Below are positions 44,549-57,269 of a stretch of 64,000 nucleotides of DNA, one piece after another; position 1 is the first letter of the stretch; each line of letters starts with the position of its first letter. A program made the translations under genes and the position numbers. Source of the stretch: the human T2T-CHM13v2.0 reference genome, Homo sapiens. The notes under the pieces are model-generated. The model was not told the DNA's origin. It ran no database searches and was given only the letters and a program-made list of their open reading frames with translations. The stretch lies in assembly GCF_009914755.1 (NCBI RefSeq), contig NC_060927.1; one strand, 5' to 3'.

Positions 44549-44552
44549 AAAA

Positions 44553-44599
<47 letters not shown>

Positions 44600-44601
44600 A
44601 A
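44549..44601. repeat. (TAAA)12 microsatellite inside L1 ORF2
   Basis: Read directly. Confidence 0.95.
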
Positions 44602-45989
44602 TACTTAGGAACATACCTAACAAAGGAGTCGAAAGACCTCTACAAGGAAAACTACAAAACACTGCTGAAAGAATTCATAGATGACACAAAGAAATGGAAA
44701 CACATCTCATGCTCATGGATGAGTTAGAAGCAATAGGGTGAAAATGACCATAATGCCAAAAGCAATCTACAAATTCAACACAATCTCCAACAAAATACTT
44801 CCATCATTCTTCACAGAATTAGAAAAAACAATTCTAAAATTCATATGGAACCAAAAAAGAGCCCACATAGCCAAAGCAAGAGTAGGCCAAAAGAACATAT
44901 CTGGAGGCATCACACTACTTGATTTCAAACTATACTATAAGGCCATAGTCACCAAAACAACATGGTACTGGTATAGACCAATGAAACAGAATAGAAAACC
45001 CAGAAATAAAATCAAATAATAAAATCAAATAGCCAACTGACCTTTGACAAAGCAAACAAAAACATAAAGTGGGGAAAGGACACCCTTTTCAACAAATGGT
45101 GCTGGGATAATTGGCTAGGTACATGTAGGAGAATGAAACTGGATCCTCATCTATCACCTTACACAAAAATCAATTCAAGATGGATTAAGGACTTAAACCT
45201 AAGACCTGAAACTATAAAAATTCTAGAAGATAACATTGTAAAAACCCTTCTACACATTGGCTTAGGCAAGGATTTCATGACCAAGAACCTAAAAGCAAAT
45301 GCAATAAAAACAAAAATAGCTGGTACTTAATTAAACTAAAGAGCTTTTGCATGGCAAAAGGAACAGTCAGCAGACTAAGCAGACAACCCACAGAGAGGGA
45401 GAAAATCTTCACAATCTATGTACCTGACAATGGACTAATATCCAGAATCTACAGAGAACTCAAACAAATCAGTAAGAAAAAAATAAACAGTCCCATCAAA
45501 AAGTGGGCTAAGGACATGAAAAGGCAATTCTCAAAAGAAGATGTACAAATAACCAACAAACATATGAAAAATATGCTCAACATCACTAATGATCAGGGAA
45601 ATGCAAATCAAAACCACAATATGATACCACCTTATTCCTGCAAGAATGGCCAGAATCAAAAAATAAAAATACTGTACTGTAGATGCTGGTGTGGATGCAG
45701 TGAACAGGGAACACTTCTACACTGCTGTTGGGAATGTAAATTAGTACAGACACTATGGAAAACAATGTGGAAATATGGAAATACGGAAAGCAATATTTCC
45801 TTAAAGAGCTAAAAGTAGAACTACCATTTGATCAGTAATTCCACTACTGGGTATCTACCCAGAAAAAAAGAAGTCATTATTTGAAAAAGATACTTGCACA
45901 CGCATGTTCATAGTGGCCCAATTCACAATAGCAAAATCATGGAACCAACCCAAATGCCCATCAATCAATAAGTGGATAATTAAACTGTG

Positions 45990-46228
45990 ATATATATATA
46001 TTTATATATATATATCACATCATATATATATATATATGAGAATATATATATATATGAGAATATATATATATGAGAATATATATATATATGAGTATATATA
46101 TATATATGAGAATATATATATATGAGAATATATATATATATGAGAATATATATATATATATGAGAATATATATATATATATATGAGAATATATATATATA
46201 TATATATGAGAATATATATATATATATG
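45990..46228. repeat. Interrupted (TA)n array with ten gag(aa) interruptions
   Basis: Read directly; interruptions start at 46038, 46056, 46072, 46090, 46108, 46124, 46142, 46162, 46184, 46208. Confidence 0.95.
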
Positions 46229-47306
46229 ATGGAATGAATTAACAGCATTTGCAGTGACCTGGATGAGTTTGGAGACTATTATTCTAAATGAAGTAACTCA
46301 GGAATTGAAAACCAAACATCGTATGTTCTCACTGATATGTGGGAGCTAAGCTATGAGGATGCAAATGAATAAGAATGATACAGTGGACTTTGGGGACTTG
46401 GGGGGAAGAGTGGGAGGGGCGAGGGATAAAAGACTACTAATATGGTACAGTGTGTACTGCTCAGGTGATGGGTGTACCAAAATCTCACAAATCACTAAAG
46501 AACTTACTCATGTAACCAAATGCCACCTGTACCACAATAACTATGGAAAAAATAAATTAATTAATTAAAAAATATGAATGAGAATATTCATAATATGTAG
46601 CCAGCTGAGGTCTCAAATAACCTGGTATGTCTTAATGTTTGAGAATCTCATTCCATTTCTTCTTAACCTCCTGAGAGCAAAGAAAATGCTATAAATCTTA
46701 TCAGAGCATATCAGGAGTTTTGACTGCTGTTGCTGATTGTGGTGACTGCCCTAGCGGCTTTTAATTACTCATCCTGTATCCACTGTTCAGAAAGTTTATT
46801 TTTGCTCTTGAGAGATTTTTAGAAATAAGCAAGAGAAAAGAGCTGACTCCTTTACAGACATGTATACCAAGATGACACCAAGATAAGACTTTTCACAAAA
46901 ATTTTTAAGCTAGGCATGCAGATCAAACAAAATATTAAATTAGACACACAGAATTAAAAGTGAATTTGACAGAAAAGACATGCCTCAAAGACATAACATA
47001 ATTTCTGTTGAAACCAGGGTTCTCAAATGAGGACACTTGACTTTATACAAGAATGGACTTGCCAGAAAAGGCAAGAAGTCCTTTATCACCCCAGGAGGGA
47101 TGTCAGATTCTTTATTAAGGCAGCCTTATCCAAATTAGATTCTGGATAAAGGAAGAGCGTCAACTAAAAAATGGAAGGCTCAGCCTGACAGAAGATTCCC
47201 CAGGGCAGAAAGGCAAGCTGTGGAAACAGAGTTCAAAGGGCTCCAGTGAGTACTGTACACTGTTTCCAAGAATTGTCAATTCCTTCTGAAAGTGACCTTA
47301 CATAAG

Positions 47307-47324
47307 ATCCCACTTCTGACACCA
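47307..47324 (-). other. Retroviral primer-binding site complementary to tRNA-Leu
   Basis: Minus strand tggtgtcagaagtgggat, 3 nt from the LTR edge; matches the 3' end of tRNA-Leu(CAA) (...atcccacttctgacacca) as recalled. Confidence 0.85.
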
Positions 47325-47327
47325 TTT

Positions 47328-47720
47328 TGTTAACCTAAATAACAAACATAGAGAGGATGTCTGAAAGAAATGATATTTATTCAGAAATCGGGAATTGGAA
47401 TGGGAATACTTATGCCATTGTATACTTTGTGTGTAGTCAGGAAGGTAAAAGAAGACAAAGGTTTTTAAAGAGAATTATACAATTGTTTTGAGATAATTGT
47501 CTTTAGTGACACCAGCCTAGTTTTGGACAGGCAGTTGCTGGGCAGATGTCCTCAGAGAAGGATTGTTTGTATAAGCTTGTGTTGACCTTTGTGCAAGACT
47601 GTGGGTTTTGTGCTGAATCCTTTGTGACAGTTTTTGTTATGAGGCATTTAAGCATGGAAACCCTCCGTCTTGGCCTTTCCTTGCTTTTATGGGTCAGTTT
47701 TGTAGTACTGATGTAATACA
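47328..47720 (-). mobile_element. MER65-type ERV1 5' LTR
   Basis: Reverse complement contains cttgcacaaaggtca...ggacatctgcccagcaactgcctgtccaa, characteristic of MER65; LTR end tgttaacc abuts the PBS. Confidence 0.8.
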
Positions 47721-48015
47721 CATCTCAAGCTTAATATTGCAAAGAAAGGAAGTCTTGATTTACTGAGCCACAGTAACTCTAATGTTCATCTTTCTTATTG
47801 TGTAAATAGTATCATTGTATACCCAGTTGAAATTTCACATAAAAATTATAAGCATTATTCTTTTCCTTTCTTCATTAAATGGAGAACCAACATGCTTTTG
47901 TGAGACATTAAAAAATTGAGGATTGATAATCCATCTAGCTCGAAATGAGACTAACAATATCAATATTCTATTTTCATAAGCTGTCAAGGAAAGTCCTATT
48001 TTTAGAATAGCATGT

Positions 48016-48513
48016 TGCATTAGTTTCCTATTGCAACTATAACAAATCATCACAAATCTGGGGGCTTAAAACAACACAATTTTAGTATCTTACAGGTTTG
48101 AGGTCAGAAGGTGATAATGGGTCTTAGTGGTCTAAAATCAAGGTAATCACAGTGCTGCATTCTTTCTGGAGGCTCCAGGAGATAATCTGTTTTCTCACTT
48201 TTTCCAACTTCTAGAGGCTGCTTGCATTCCTTGATTTATGGCTCTTTTCTCCTCTATCAAAGCCAGAAGTGTAGCATCTTCAAATCACTGATTCTGCTTT
48301 GGTTGTCACATTATCTTCTCCCTTTTATAAGAACCTTCGTAATTACATTGGTCCCACCCAAATAATAGAGCGTACTCTCTCCATCTCTAGATCCTCAATT
48401 TAGTTACATCTGCAAAGTTCCTTTTGTCATGCTAGGTCACATCTTTACAGGCTCTGGGGATTAGAACATGGACATCATGGATATCTTTGGGGGCCATCAT
48501 TCTGTCTACCACA
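48016..48513 (-). mobile_element. MLT1C/D-like LTR
   Basis: tgcattagtttcctattgc ... cttctagaggctgc ... gggccatcattctgtctaccaca. Confidence 0.88.
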
Positions 48514-49299
48514 CATACCCGAACTAAAACCAAACCAAAGGAAAAAAAATTCACCAAAAAAATTACTATTGGGTAAAAGGAAAAACAAAAAACCAGAATA
48601 TTCACATTTTGGTGAATTCTCTATTAAAATCAAGGAGACTAAGAAATGTTTGTTTTTGCATATTAATAGTTATTATCAGTTTTACTGTTTTAATTTTAAT
48701 ACTCAGGTTTAGATGTTTTCAATAATAATCTATAATGTAAGTACTTCTATGTGAAGGTACAACGATCTGTATTGAAATAAAACTATGTCAATTAGGTTCC
48801 CAATTTTACAAAACTCTACAGGAAAAACTTTAACACACCCAAGGCAAAGTATCCAAGGTAAAATACATCTGTTCCCATACATCCAAAAAGAGAGTACAAC
48901 TACCATATTTTATAGATAAGCATTTGACTTGTGGCAACACATGAGTTTGAGAAAACCAACTTTATTCCTGGTGAAATATATTACATTGCTCCTAAAACTT
49001 ACGAGTTATATTGGGTACTAGAAATATCCTCTGTGTGGTGTACACAGTTAACTGGTCTTGCAGGTAATCATTTATATTCTTGAAGCTTTCAAAATAAATT
49101 GGCCTCCTTTCAGGTCTTCATATTTAAGCCCCTTTTTGTTCCTAGAAGGAGCAGCAATGCTCCTATTAAGGTGCTGATTGACTGACACAATTCAAAGTTT
49201 CCTAAGAATTAAGTGGCCATTGACTCTGAAACAGCCTGCCAGATGGGAACCAGCTAGGAGTTATTCTGGATTTTACATTCCCTCCTCACCTCCCCAGTA

Positions 49300-49512
49300 A
49301 AGTATCTGTCAATATTACACCTCCAAGACAGACTGAGAGTTTGAGTTCATCTACTTTTCTCTATTTCTGCTTTCACTTTTCTTGTGAAAGTTGTCATTCC
49401 TGTTGCACACTAATGCAATAGCCTCTTGCTGGTCACCTTTCTTCCATTTTTGCTTTTTAAATATCTGTACTTTACATAGAGCCTAGATGATCTTTTAAAA
49501 AAGCAAATCAAA
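49300..49512 (+). mobile_element. L2 fragment
   Basis: ctacttttctctatttctgct...tgcaatagcctcttgctggtc...gatcttttaaaa..gcaaatca. Confidence 0.5.
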
Positions 49513-49514
49513 TG

Positions 49515-51205
49515 AAAAACTGTATGTTTCCTAGAAGATATTAAAATAGAAAATCTAGATAACCTTGGGTATGGCAATGACTTTTTAGATACAGTACCAA
49601 AGACACAATTCATGGAAGAAATTATTAATATGATAGATTTTGTTAAAATTACAAACTTCTCTGTGAAGATACCATTAACCAAATGAGAAAAGAAGCCACA
49701 GACTGGGAGAAAATATTTGTAAAAGGCATATTTGATAAGAGAGGGTGATCAAAATATACACAGAACCCCTCAAACTCAATAATAAAAAAATCCAATTAAA
49801 AATGAGCAAAAGACCTGCATTAAATCACTGCTCAACCTGAACTAAAACTAAAACACCTCATCAAAGAAGACATAAAAATGGGGAAGCAGCATGTGAAAAG
49901 ATGCCCAACATCATATATCATTAGGGAACTGCAAATTAGAACAATTGAGATACCACTACATACCTATTAGGAAGGCCAAAATTCTAAACACTGACACCAA
50001 ATGCTGGCAAGACGTGGCTTGCTATGGACTGAATGTTGTGTTCCTTCCCAAATTCTTATGTTGTAATCCTAATCTCTGAACTGATTGTATTGGGAAATGA
50101 GGACTTTGGGAGATAATTAGCTGATGAGCATGGTGCCCTGATGATGGGATTAATGCCCTTAAAAGAAACACAAGGGAGCTTGCTTTCTCTTTCTCTCTTT
50201 ACCATGTAAGGATATAAAAAGAAGACAGCTGTCTGTAAACAAAGAAGAGGGTTTGCAACGAGAACCTGATCATGCTGTCACATCGATCTCAGACTTCCAG
50301 CTTCCAGAACTGTAAGAAATAAATGACTTTTGTTTAAGTCACCCGGTCTATGGTATTCTATTATAACAGCCCACACTGACTAAGACAGGAAATAACAAAA
50401 ACTCTCATTTATTACTGGTGGGAATGTAAAATAGTTCAGCTACTTTGGAAGGCAGTTTGGCAGTTTCTTAGAAAACTAAACATAATCTTACCATATGAAC
50501 CATTTGATCAAGCAATCATGCTCCTTGATAGTTACCCAAAGGAGTTGAAAACTTAGGTTCACATAAAAACCTCTATATGGATATTCATAGCAGCTTTATC
50601 CATAATGGCCAAAACTTGGAAGCAACACAGACATCTCTCAGTAAGTGAATGGATAAATAAACTGTGGTACACTCAGACAATGCAATATTATTTGGCACAA
50701 AAATTAGTTATCATGCTATGAAAAGACAGAGGAAACTTAAATACACATTACTCAGTGAAAGAAGCCAATTTGAAAAGGCTACATAGTGTATGATTCCGGC
50801 TGTATGATATTGTGAGAAAGACAAAACTGTGGAGATAGTAAAAAGATCAGTGGTTGCCAAGAGTTAGGAAAGAAGGAGGTATGAATTGGTAGGTACAGAA
50901 AATTTTTAGGTCAGTGAAACTACTCTGTATGGTAATATAATGATGGATATGTCATTACACATATGCCAAAATCCATTGAATAAACATCAAGAGTGAACAC
51001 TGATGTAAACTATGGACTGTAAGTGATAAATGATGTGTCAATGTAGATTTACCCATTGGAAAAATTGTAGCCTTCTGTTGAGGGATACTGATAGTAGGAG
51101 AAATTGTCTCTGTGTGGAACAGGGGGTGTTTGGGAATTCTGTAGTTTTCACTCAATTTTTCTGTGAATGTAAAGCTGCTCTAAAAACAGTTCATTCTCTT
51201 TAAAA
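49515..51205 (+). mobile_element. L1MC1/2-like 3' portion with nested MLT1A
   Basis: cctagaagata...gaaaatctagataaccttgggtatggcaatgactttttagatac; 3'UTR gatgtgtcaatgtag...aaagctgctctaaaa. Confidence 0.85.
50020..50387 (+). mobile_element. MLT1A0-like LTR inserted in L1MC
   Basis: tgctatggactgaatgt ... gacttccagcttccagaactgt ... ctgactaagaca. Confidence 0.9.
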
Positions 51206-51282
51206 GCAGAAAAATTTTGAAAATTATAAAATATAAATAAAATGATTAAGATCAAAGAGTAAAATAAAAAAATTAAAATTAC

Positions 51283-51383
51283 AAGGTCTAATGCTGAGCC
51301 AGCACTTGCATTAAGCTGAGAGCAGAGCCTGCGAGTATTTTGTGCCCTAGGCAGCTCACTTGCCTCACCCTAGTCTGGCCCTG
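51283..51383 (-). mobile_element. MER91-like hAT fragment
   Basis: ttttgtgccctaggca..tcacttgcctcaccctagtctggccctg resembles the MER91 terminus (recall). Confidence 0.55.
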
Positions 51384-51783
51384 AAGTGGAAACCTAATCT
51401 TCAATAGCAATCTCCAGTGCCACAGAAAATTGGAAAGAGATTGATGTGGTATGGACTATCTAAGTTCTCAAAGTCTTCGAAAAATTTGGTAGTTATGATA
51501 ATGACAATGACTAGAAGCCTCAGAAGGTATTCCTCCCAAAGAATAGATAAGAACCTCAGAGATTAATTGAGGAAAAATATTGAATAGTTATACTACTAAC
51601 CCAAAAAATCTCCTGGGAACACTGTGATCTTGAGGCTAAAGATGAAGATTCTATGTCAAAAGTCATGTTCTTTCTGGACCTTATTATAGTTTATTCATGA
51701 CATTGAGCCCTTGCCTACAGCCAGTCTCTGGTGTTGGAATCTCTCAGAACCCAACCTGGCTTCTTAGATTTCCAGACTTGGAA

Positions 51784-51823
<40 letters not shown>

Positions 51824-51838
51824 AATAATAATTATTAT
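51784..51838. repeat. (ATT)n microsatellite
   Basis: Read directly. Confidence 0.9.
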
Positions 51839-53078
51839 TTTAAAAACAGAATCACCACTGCAGGTATTTTAATTTCCCAGTCAGAGCCAGGCTAAAAAAA
51901 TTAATAATTTTCTCTTATATCCATTTTAATTCTAGGATTTATCTTTACCTTTAGAGTGACACACTGATGTGTAATCTTTAAAAGTATCTCTAAAAAGGGG
52001 CACACTATAGAGAATTCTACTTTTTGAAAGTATTGTACCATCATCATTACCAGTATTCAAAGAATACAAAGCACTATAAAATGTTGGTAATTCAGAAATT
52101 CTCTAAAACAGCAGTTTAATAAATTGAATCAATTTGGTAATTTAAAATGGGTTTTTTCAATGAAGATCTTATTCATATTAGTTAGAAGGAAAAGCAACCA
52201 TGACTCTACTTTTATTTTTTTACTTCTGCATGAGCAACTTTCATGTTTCATTTATCACCAGAGTGTAGCACAGTGTAGCCAAAGCACAATTTGGAACTAA
52301 AAAGTTGGAAAAACACGTGGAAAATTCAAGGCAAATTATAGTGTTATCATTTTGTTAGGCTCATTTGGTTGCAGAGAATGAGTCTGCATGCCACCTGATG
52401 TAATGAGAGTTTATTATGGAATATATGTGTGTATATATATATTTTATCTATCTATCTATCTATATATTATATACACACATATACACACATAATTTCAAGA
52501 ATCTGAAAAACTAGGCTATATCTTTTTAATGGAGATTGGACCCAAAATGTTCTTTAGAATTCGAGACAGTTCCAGATAACAGAGCCTGGGGAATTAGTAA
52601 ATATTTATTCCAATTGCCTGCCTTTAGAGCAACCAGGCTATGCTCTGTGAGTCAGCTTCTATCGGTCTCTTGAATTCTCTCACAAATGGTCCCTTACCCT
52701 CCACTCCCAGAGTCACAAATCAGCAGACTTACACAGAATAAGCCCAGGAAACAATGCTTTGTTAAGACAGTACATGTTTGGCTTTTTTTTTTTTTTAACT
52801 GCATTTGAATGTCTTTTAAGCAGTATTTGCATTTTCCAGTTTGCCACAAGCTGTCCACAGCTCCTCCTCGGTTGAGGGGTGAGGAGTCTCATTTAGGAGG
52901 AGTTTGAGTAGAACATTTGCATGATGTTCAGGGCCCGCTGTGCCCTGTCCTAGTGGAAAGAACACCTACGGATTCACCCTGTCACATATTAGCAGTGCAT
53001 GCCTGGTCTAGCTGCTTTGCTTTTATATGCCCCTGTTTCATTATATATAAAATTATATAATTTAAATACTACTTACCC

Positions 53079-53629
53079 TGTGTTGATTAATTTTATGTAT
53101 TAACTTGATTGAGCTAAGGAAAACCCAGATAGCTGGTAAAATATAGTTTCTGGGTGTGTCTCTGATGGTGTTTACAGAAAACACTAGTATTTGAATAGGT
53201 AGACTGAGTAAAGATCGCTCTCACCAATGGAGGTAGGAACCATCCAGTCTGTTGAGGCCCTGAATAGAACAAGAAGCTGGAGGAAAGAATAATTTGTTCA
53301 ATCTGAGCTGGCACTTTTATCTTTTCTTTGGTCTTTGCTGTTCCTGGTTCTCAGGCCTTCATTCTCTATCTGGGTTTACACTATTAGGCCTCATGCCCTG
53401 GTCCCCACTGTTCTCAGGCCCTACTATTTGAACTGAGTTACACCACTGGCTTTTCTAGTTCTCAGGTTGCAGACAGCAGATTGTGGAACTTCTTGGCCTC
53501 CATAATTGCTTGAACCAATTCCTATAATTGTCTGTCTATCTATCTATGTAACTATGTATCTATCTATCTACCTACCTACCTACCTACCTCCTGCTGGTTC
53601 TGTTTCTCTGGAGAACCCTGACTAAAGTA
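53079..53629 (+). mobile_element. MLT2 (ERVL) solo LTR with internal (TCTA)n/(CCTA)n
   Basis: tgtgttgattaattttatgt...cccagatagctggtaaaa...tttctgggtgtgtct ... ggttctgtttctctggagaaccctgactaa. Confidence 0.9.
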
Positions 53630-53669
53630 TTATTCCAAATAGCTATTTTGGAAATTAAATGGAAAATAA

Positions 53670-53925
53670 AACAGCAGAATGCTTAAAAGACCATGTATTA
53701 GACTCACACAATCTAAGTTCAAATTGCCTCTGCCATGGAGTAGTTGGTAATCTTAATCTCTTTGTAAGCTTCTTTTTTCTCATCTGTGAAATGGAGATAA
53801 TAATAATGCCTTTCACATATGATTATTTTGAGTATTAAATGAAGTACTAATCATATATAGTAAGGATCATTTAATACAATGACATATATTGCACCATGCA
53901 ACACAATAAATTTTAGCTGTTATTA
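53670..53925 (+). mobile_element. MIR
   Basis: gttcaaattgcctctgcca...ttctcatctgtgaaatggagataataata...attaaatga. Confidence 0.75.
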
Positions 53926-54710
53926 TCATCCAATGTGAAAGTTGAATGTTACAATTTTGCAGTGGATTAGATTTCTCTCTTCCTTGGAACTATTCTTAAT
54001 AATTTGAACACTAGAAATTTACCATTCATCTTACTTCTTAGTAGAGTATTTTAGAACTTGCAAAGGTTTTCTTAGTTGACCAGTATTTTATCTAATTACT
54101 ATCATTCTATTCTGCCCTATAATCACTGCCTCTACCCATACTTCTATTCCTCCTAATTATAAAAAACTTCAACTTTCTACCTTTTAAAATAATCTGACAC
54201 TGTGTCTGAGCACTCAGATTTTAAAACCATAATAAATAAATTTTAGCAGAATTATTCCAAATATATATAATGTATTTAATTGTCTTCACAAATGAAAATG
54301 TTCTGGACATGGTTTGAGTCTTTACTCATGATGCAAAACCACTGCCATGAATACCATTTTTTTGTGCTATGTTTTAACAGGGTGCTACGTTATTACTCAA
54401 GTAACCCTAGACAGCCCTAATAACACTAGAACTATTACATCAAATTGGTCCCATTACTTTTAAGGGTTCGAATTGGCAGTTCTTTTTTTTTTTTTTTTCT
54501 ATCTACTCCTTTGCTTTCTTGCTGTTAGTGCATTTTTTTGTTTTTAGTCTAATGCTGACATAGTCTAATGTTAACATAGGGAAGATCTGGTATATAACGA
54601 AGGAATCTGGCTTTCTTAATTTATTACATGTTGGCCCTTATTTATCTCTTTGGAGTAAAGTGAATGGGCTTTGTGATAGACATTTCCTTGGTTGCCAAGC
54701 TGTTAATGTT

Positions 54711-54745
54711 GGTTTGTTTTTGTTTTGTTTTGTTTTGTTTTGTTT
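54711..54745. repeat. (TTTTG)n repeat
   Basis: Read directly. Confidence 0.85.
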
Positions 54746-55805
54746 CTTCACTTTGCACATATTTATTTGAGCTAAAGCATTGAGCAGGACTACCCCTATG
54801 CAATAGAGTTGAGAGGGTGACTGTGCATTATGGAGTTTACAGAATGTTGAAAAGCTCCCACTCTACACCAATTTGAATTCCTCAATAGTTTCCTTACATA
54901 TCTACTGAGATGCTAGAAATTATAATGTCAGGATGTAGTTTTAACACTTTCAGGTTTACTGTGTAAAATAGTCTATTACAGGTAGCAATTTTAAGAAATT
55001 TAGATGACGAAGAACTGAGCATCTTAGATATCTCTGAACCAAATACATTGTATTTTCTTTTTACTTTTGTTCATATTGTCTGATAAAGGATTTTGGAATT
55101 GAGAAATGATAACTGGTTACCTTTACAGTGGAATGTTGAGCATTATCTCAAGGACACTTCTGGGGTTACGGGATTCTGTAAGAATAAGTGCCTTTCATTT
55201 TATTTAACTATTTTGCAACATTGTGGAGATAATTTGTAGAGAGATGATGGTGATGCAGATAGCTCCTGTTAAGAGAAATGCAAATGAATTTTGTGTGGTG
55301 GAGATGAAATTCATTTCTAGACTGCTGAAGACACCACTTTTGTATGTGATAGCAAATTTATTTCAGCATTCTTTCATGTTCATATAGGCACTATTTTTTA
55401 CTTTTTAAAAATTGCTTTTTACATCTTATGGATTTCCTAAATAATGAAAAAGATAAAAATTAGTTATGTAAGATCTTTGACGCATATCTATTTTATATTT
55501 TATAAGTCATGATTTGACTTTTGAAAAAATTATTCTTTAACAATTTTACTTCCTCTATCTGAGGTAGTTTCTCTTCTCACTATTTCATCAATTTTATCAT
55601 TTAACACTGGGCTCAATGTATATCCTCTTAATGAATTTCTTTCTGATCACAATTCCGAGTTATTATGGTAATTAACACTAGCAAAAGTTATCTATCACAA
55701 CATTTTTATAGTATTCTTTAAACCCTTTATTGTGAGATAAATGTAATAAAACTGTGATTGTTTCATCCTTGTACTTGAATATCTAGCTGGGTGCTTGGTA
55801 CATGA

Positions 55806-56412
55806 CAAGGATTCTATAAATCACTATGGCCTACTGGCACCCATCTTGAGCAAGCTAGCACTATGAACCACAGAGAGTAAGCCTAGGAATCTCTCTGTCC
55901 CCAACTCTGCTCCCATGCTTGCTTCTCTACCCTGCACCTGAGATTCACTGCTATTCAAGGTCACCATCTATTGGGGGAAATCAGCAATTGGCAACTGCCA
56001 GGCACCAAGTAGTGGAATCTCGGTCAGGAAATCATCAACTCCATGAGTCACCACGCCTCTAGCCACCTGCCTAAGTTGAAATGACTGGGCTTTCTGGGAA
56101 AAGAAGGCATACAAGGATCTGGGTATGACTGGGACAGAGACTAAATCTGACCAAGGTAGCTGCCACTCCACCCCCAAACAGGCCCCTCCACCTCAGGATA
56201 GTTTCTCCTGGTTTGAAGAATATCTCCAGCTGACTGCAGCAGTTCAAGCTGGCCCACCGCCATTCACAGTCTATCCCAGGCAAACGGGATAGGGCAAGGC
56301 AAGAGTGTTCTCTCTTTATAAGTAACTAGGTATATAATGTCTTCTACTTTTCCTTTGGGTCTGCAAAGCTAAATACTTTTACCAAAAAAAAAAAAAAGTT
56401 TACTGATCCTTG
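55806..56412 (+). mobile_element. hAT-Charlie (MER58-like) termini enclosing about 500 bp of unrecognised sequence
   Basis: Terminal inverted match caaggat...atccttg; actatggcc near the 5' end; ctgcaaagctaaata...aaaaagtttactgatccttg at the 3' end. Confidence 0.5.
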
Positions 56413-57269
56413 CTACAGATTATTAAATTTTAATTTATGACTTGTCTTCCTCAAAGGATTATAAACTCCTTGAGGCAGCAAAAAGTATAATTGTCCCACC
56501 ATGCTCAGTAATTATTAGATGATTAATTGTTTGCTTTCACCAATCTATATTCTTTAGCATCAAAATCTTCTATTTTTCCTCCATTTAATCCCACTATAAG
56601 TTGACAACTTTGAAAGCTACTTATATTTCAGAATAAGAGATAATGATGCAGGATTATTACTTATCTGACATGTTTAAAGAAAACATCAAAAAATTAAAAT
56701 AGAAGTGTCATATCTATTAGCTAGCAATGACAAAAAGAAAAATACAAAAGAGGCCACAGGTCGTATAAAAAATTTTTAAAAGAAAACAGAATTCTAAATT
56801 AGGATTTATTTCACTCCAGGATATTAAATATTTCAAGAGTTTTGAAAGAAACTATCTTCTCCCTTCTGAGGTCTCAATCTATTTGTCTCAGCATGTTAGA
56901 CATTGAGCCCTTGCCTGTCTCACCTGTTCTTCGCCTCCCACAAGGCCTGTGACTCAAGTGTACCACATGTGAAGTGTAGTCATGAGGCAACTGCTCTAAA
57001 AGACATTATTTCATTGACAGATGCAGTGTGCCCTAAGGATTATAGAAACTACTGCTCATGTTTTACTAATTCTTCTGGTCACTAAGTAGACCTCCACCTG
57101 TATATCAAGAAAATGACTTATGCCATCATCTGATTTGTGCTAGTCAATCCATTCTGCATTCCTGGACTGTAAGATCATTTGTGCTCAAGGTAAATACTAG
57201 CTGTTCTCAGGATGTGTTTACTTCGGGAATTTTGGAACTGGTTGAGGAAAGGTCTCAGGTGAAAGGTAT

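Larger units (their letters stand above)
42250..46349 (+). pseudogene. Disrupted L1 ORF2 (EN, RT, C-terminal region)
   Basis: ICCSQDTHL, AGDFNTPL, SKIDHMIG, SDHSGIKL (EN); [12 protein letters not shown] and LADD at 44358-44369 (RT); many stops and frameshifts. Confidence 0.9.

Noticed and set aside
46015-46248. 77-aa Y/I-rich ORF; the array superficially resembles a repeat-spacer array
   Set aside because: It is the translation of the (TA)n array. The intervening sequence is pure TA rather than unique spacers, and the DNA is eukaryotic, so it is not CRISPR.
47307-47324. tRNA-Leu 3' end match as a tRNA gene
   Set aside because: Only 18 nt including CCA, adjacent to an LTR and with no cloverleaf; this is a primer-binding site.
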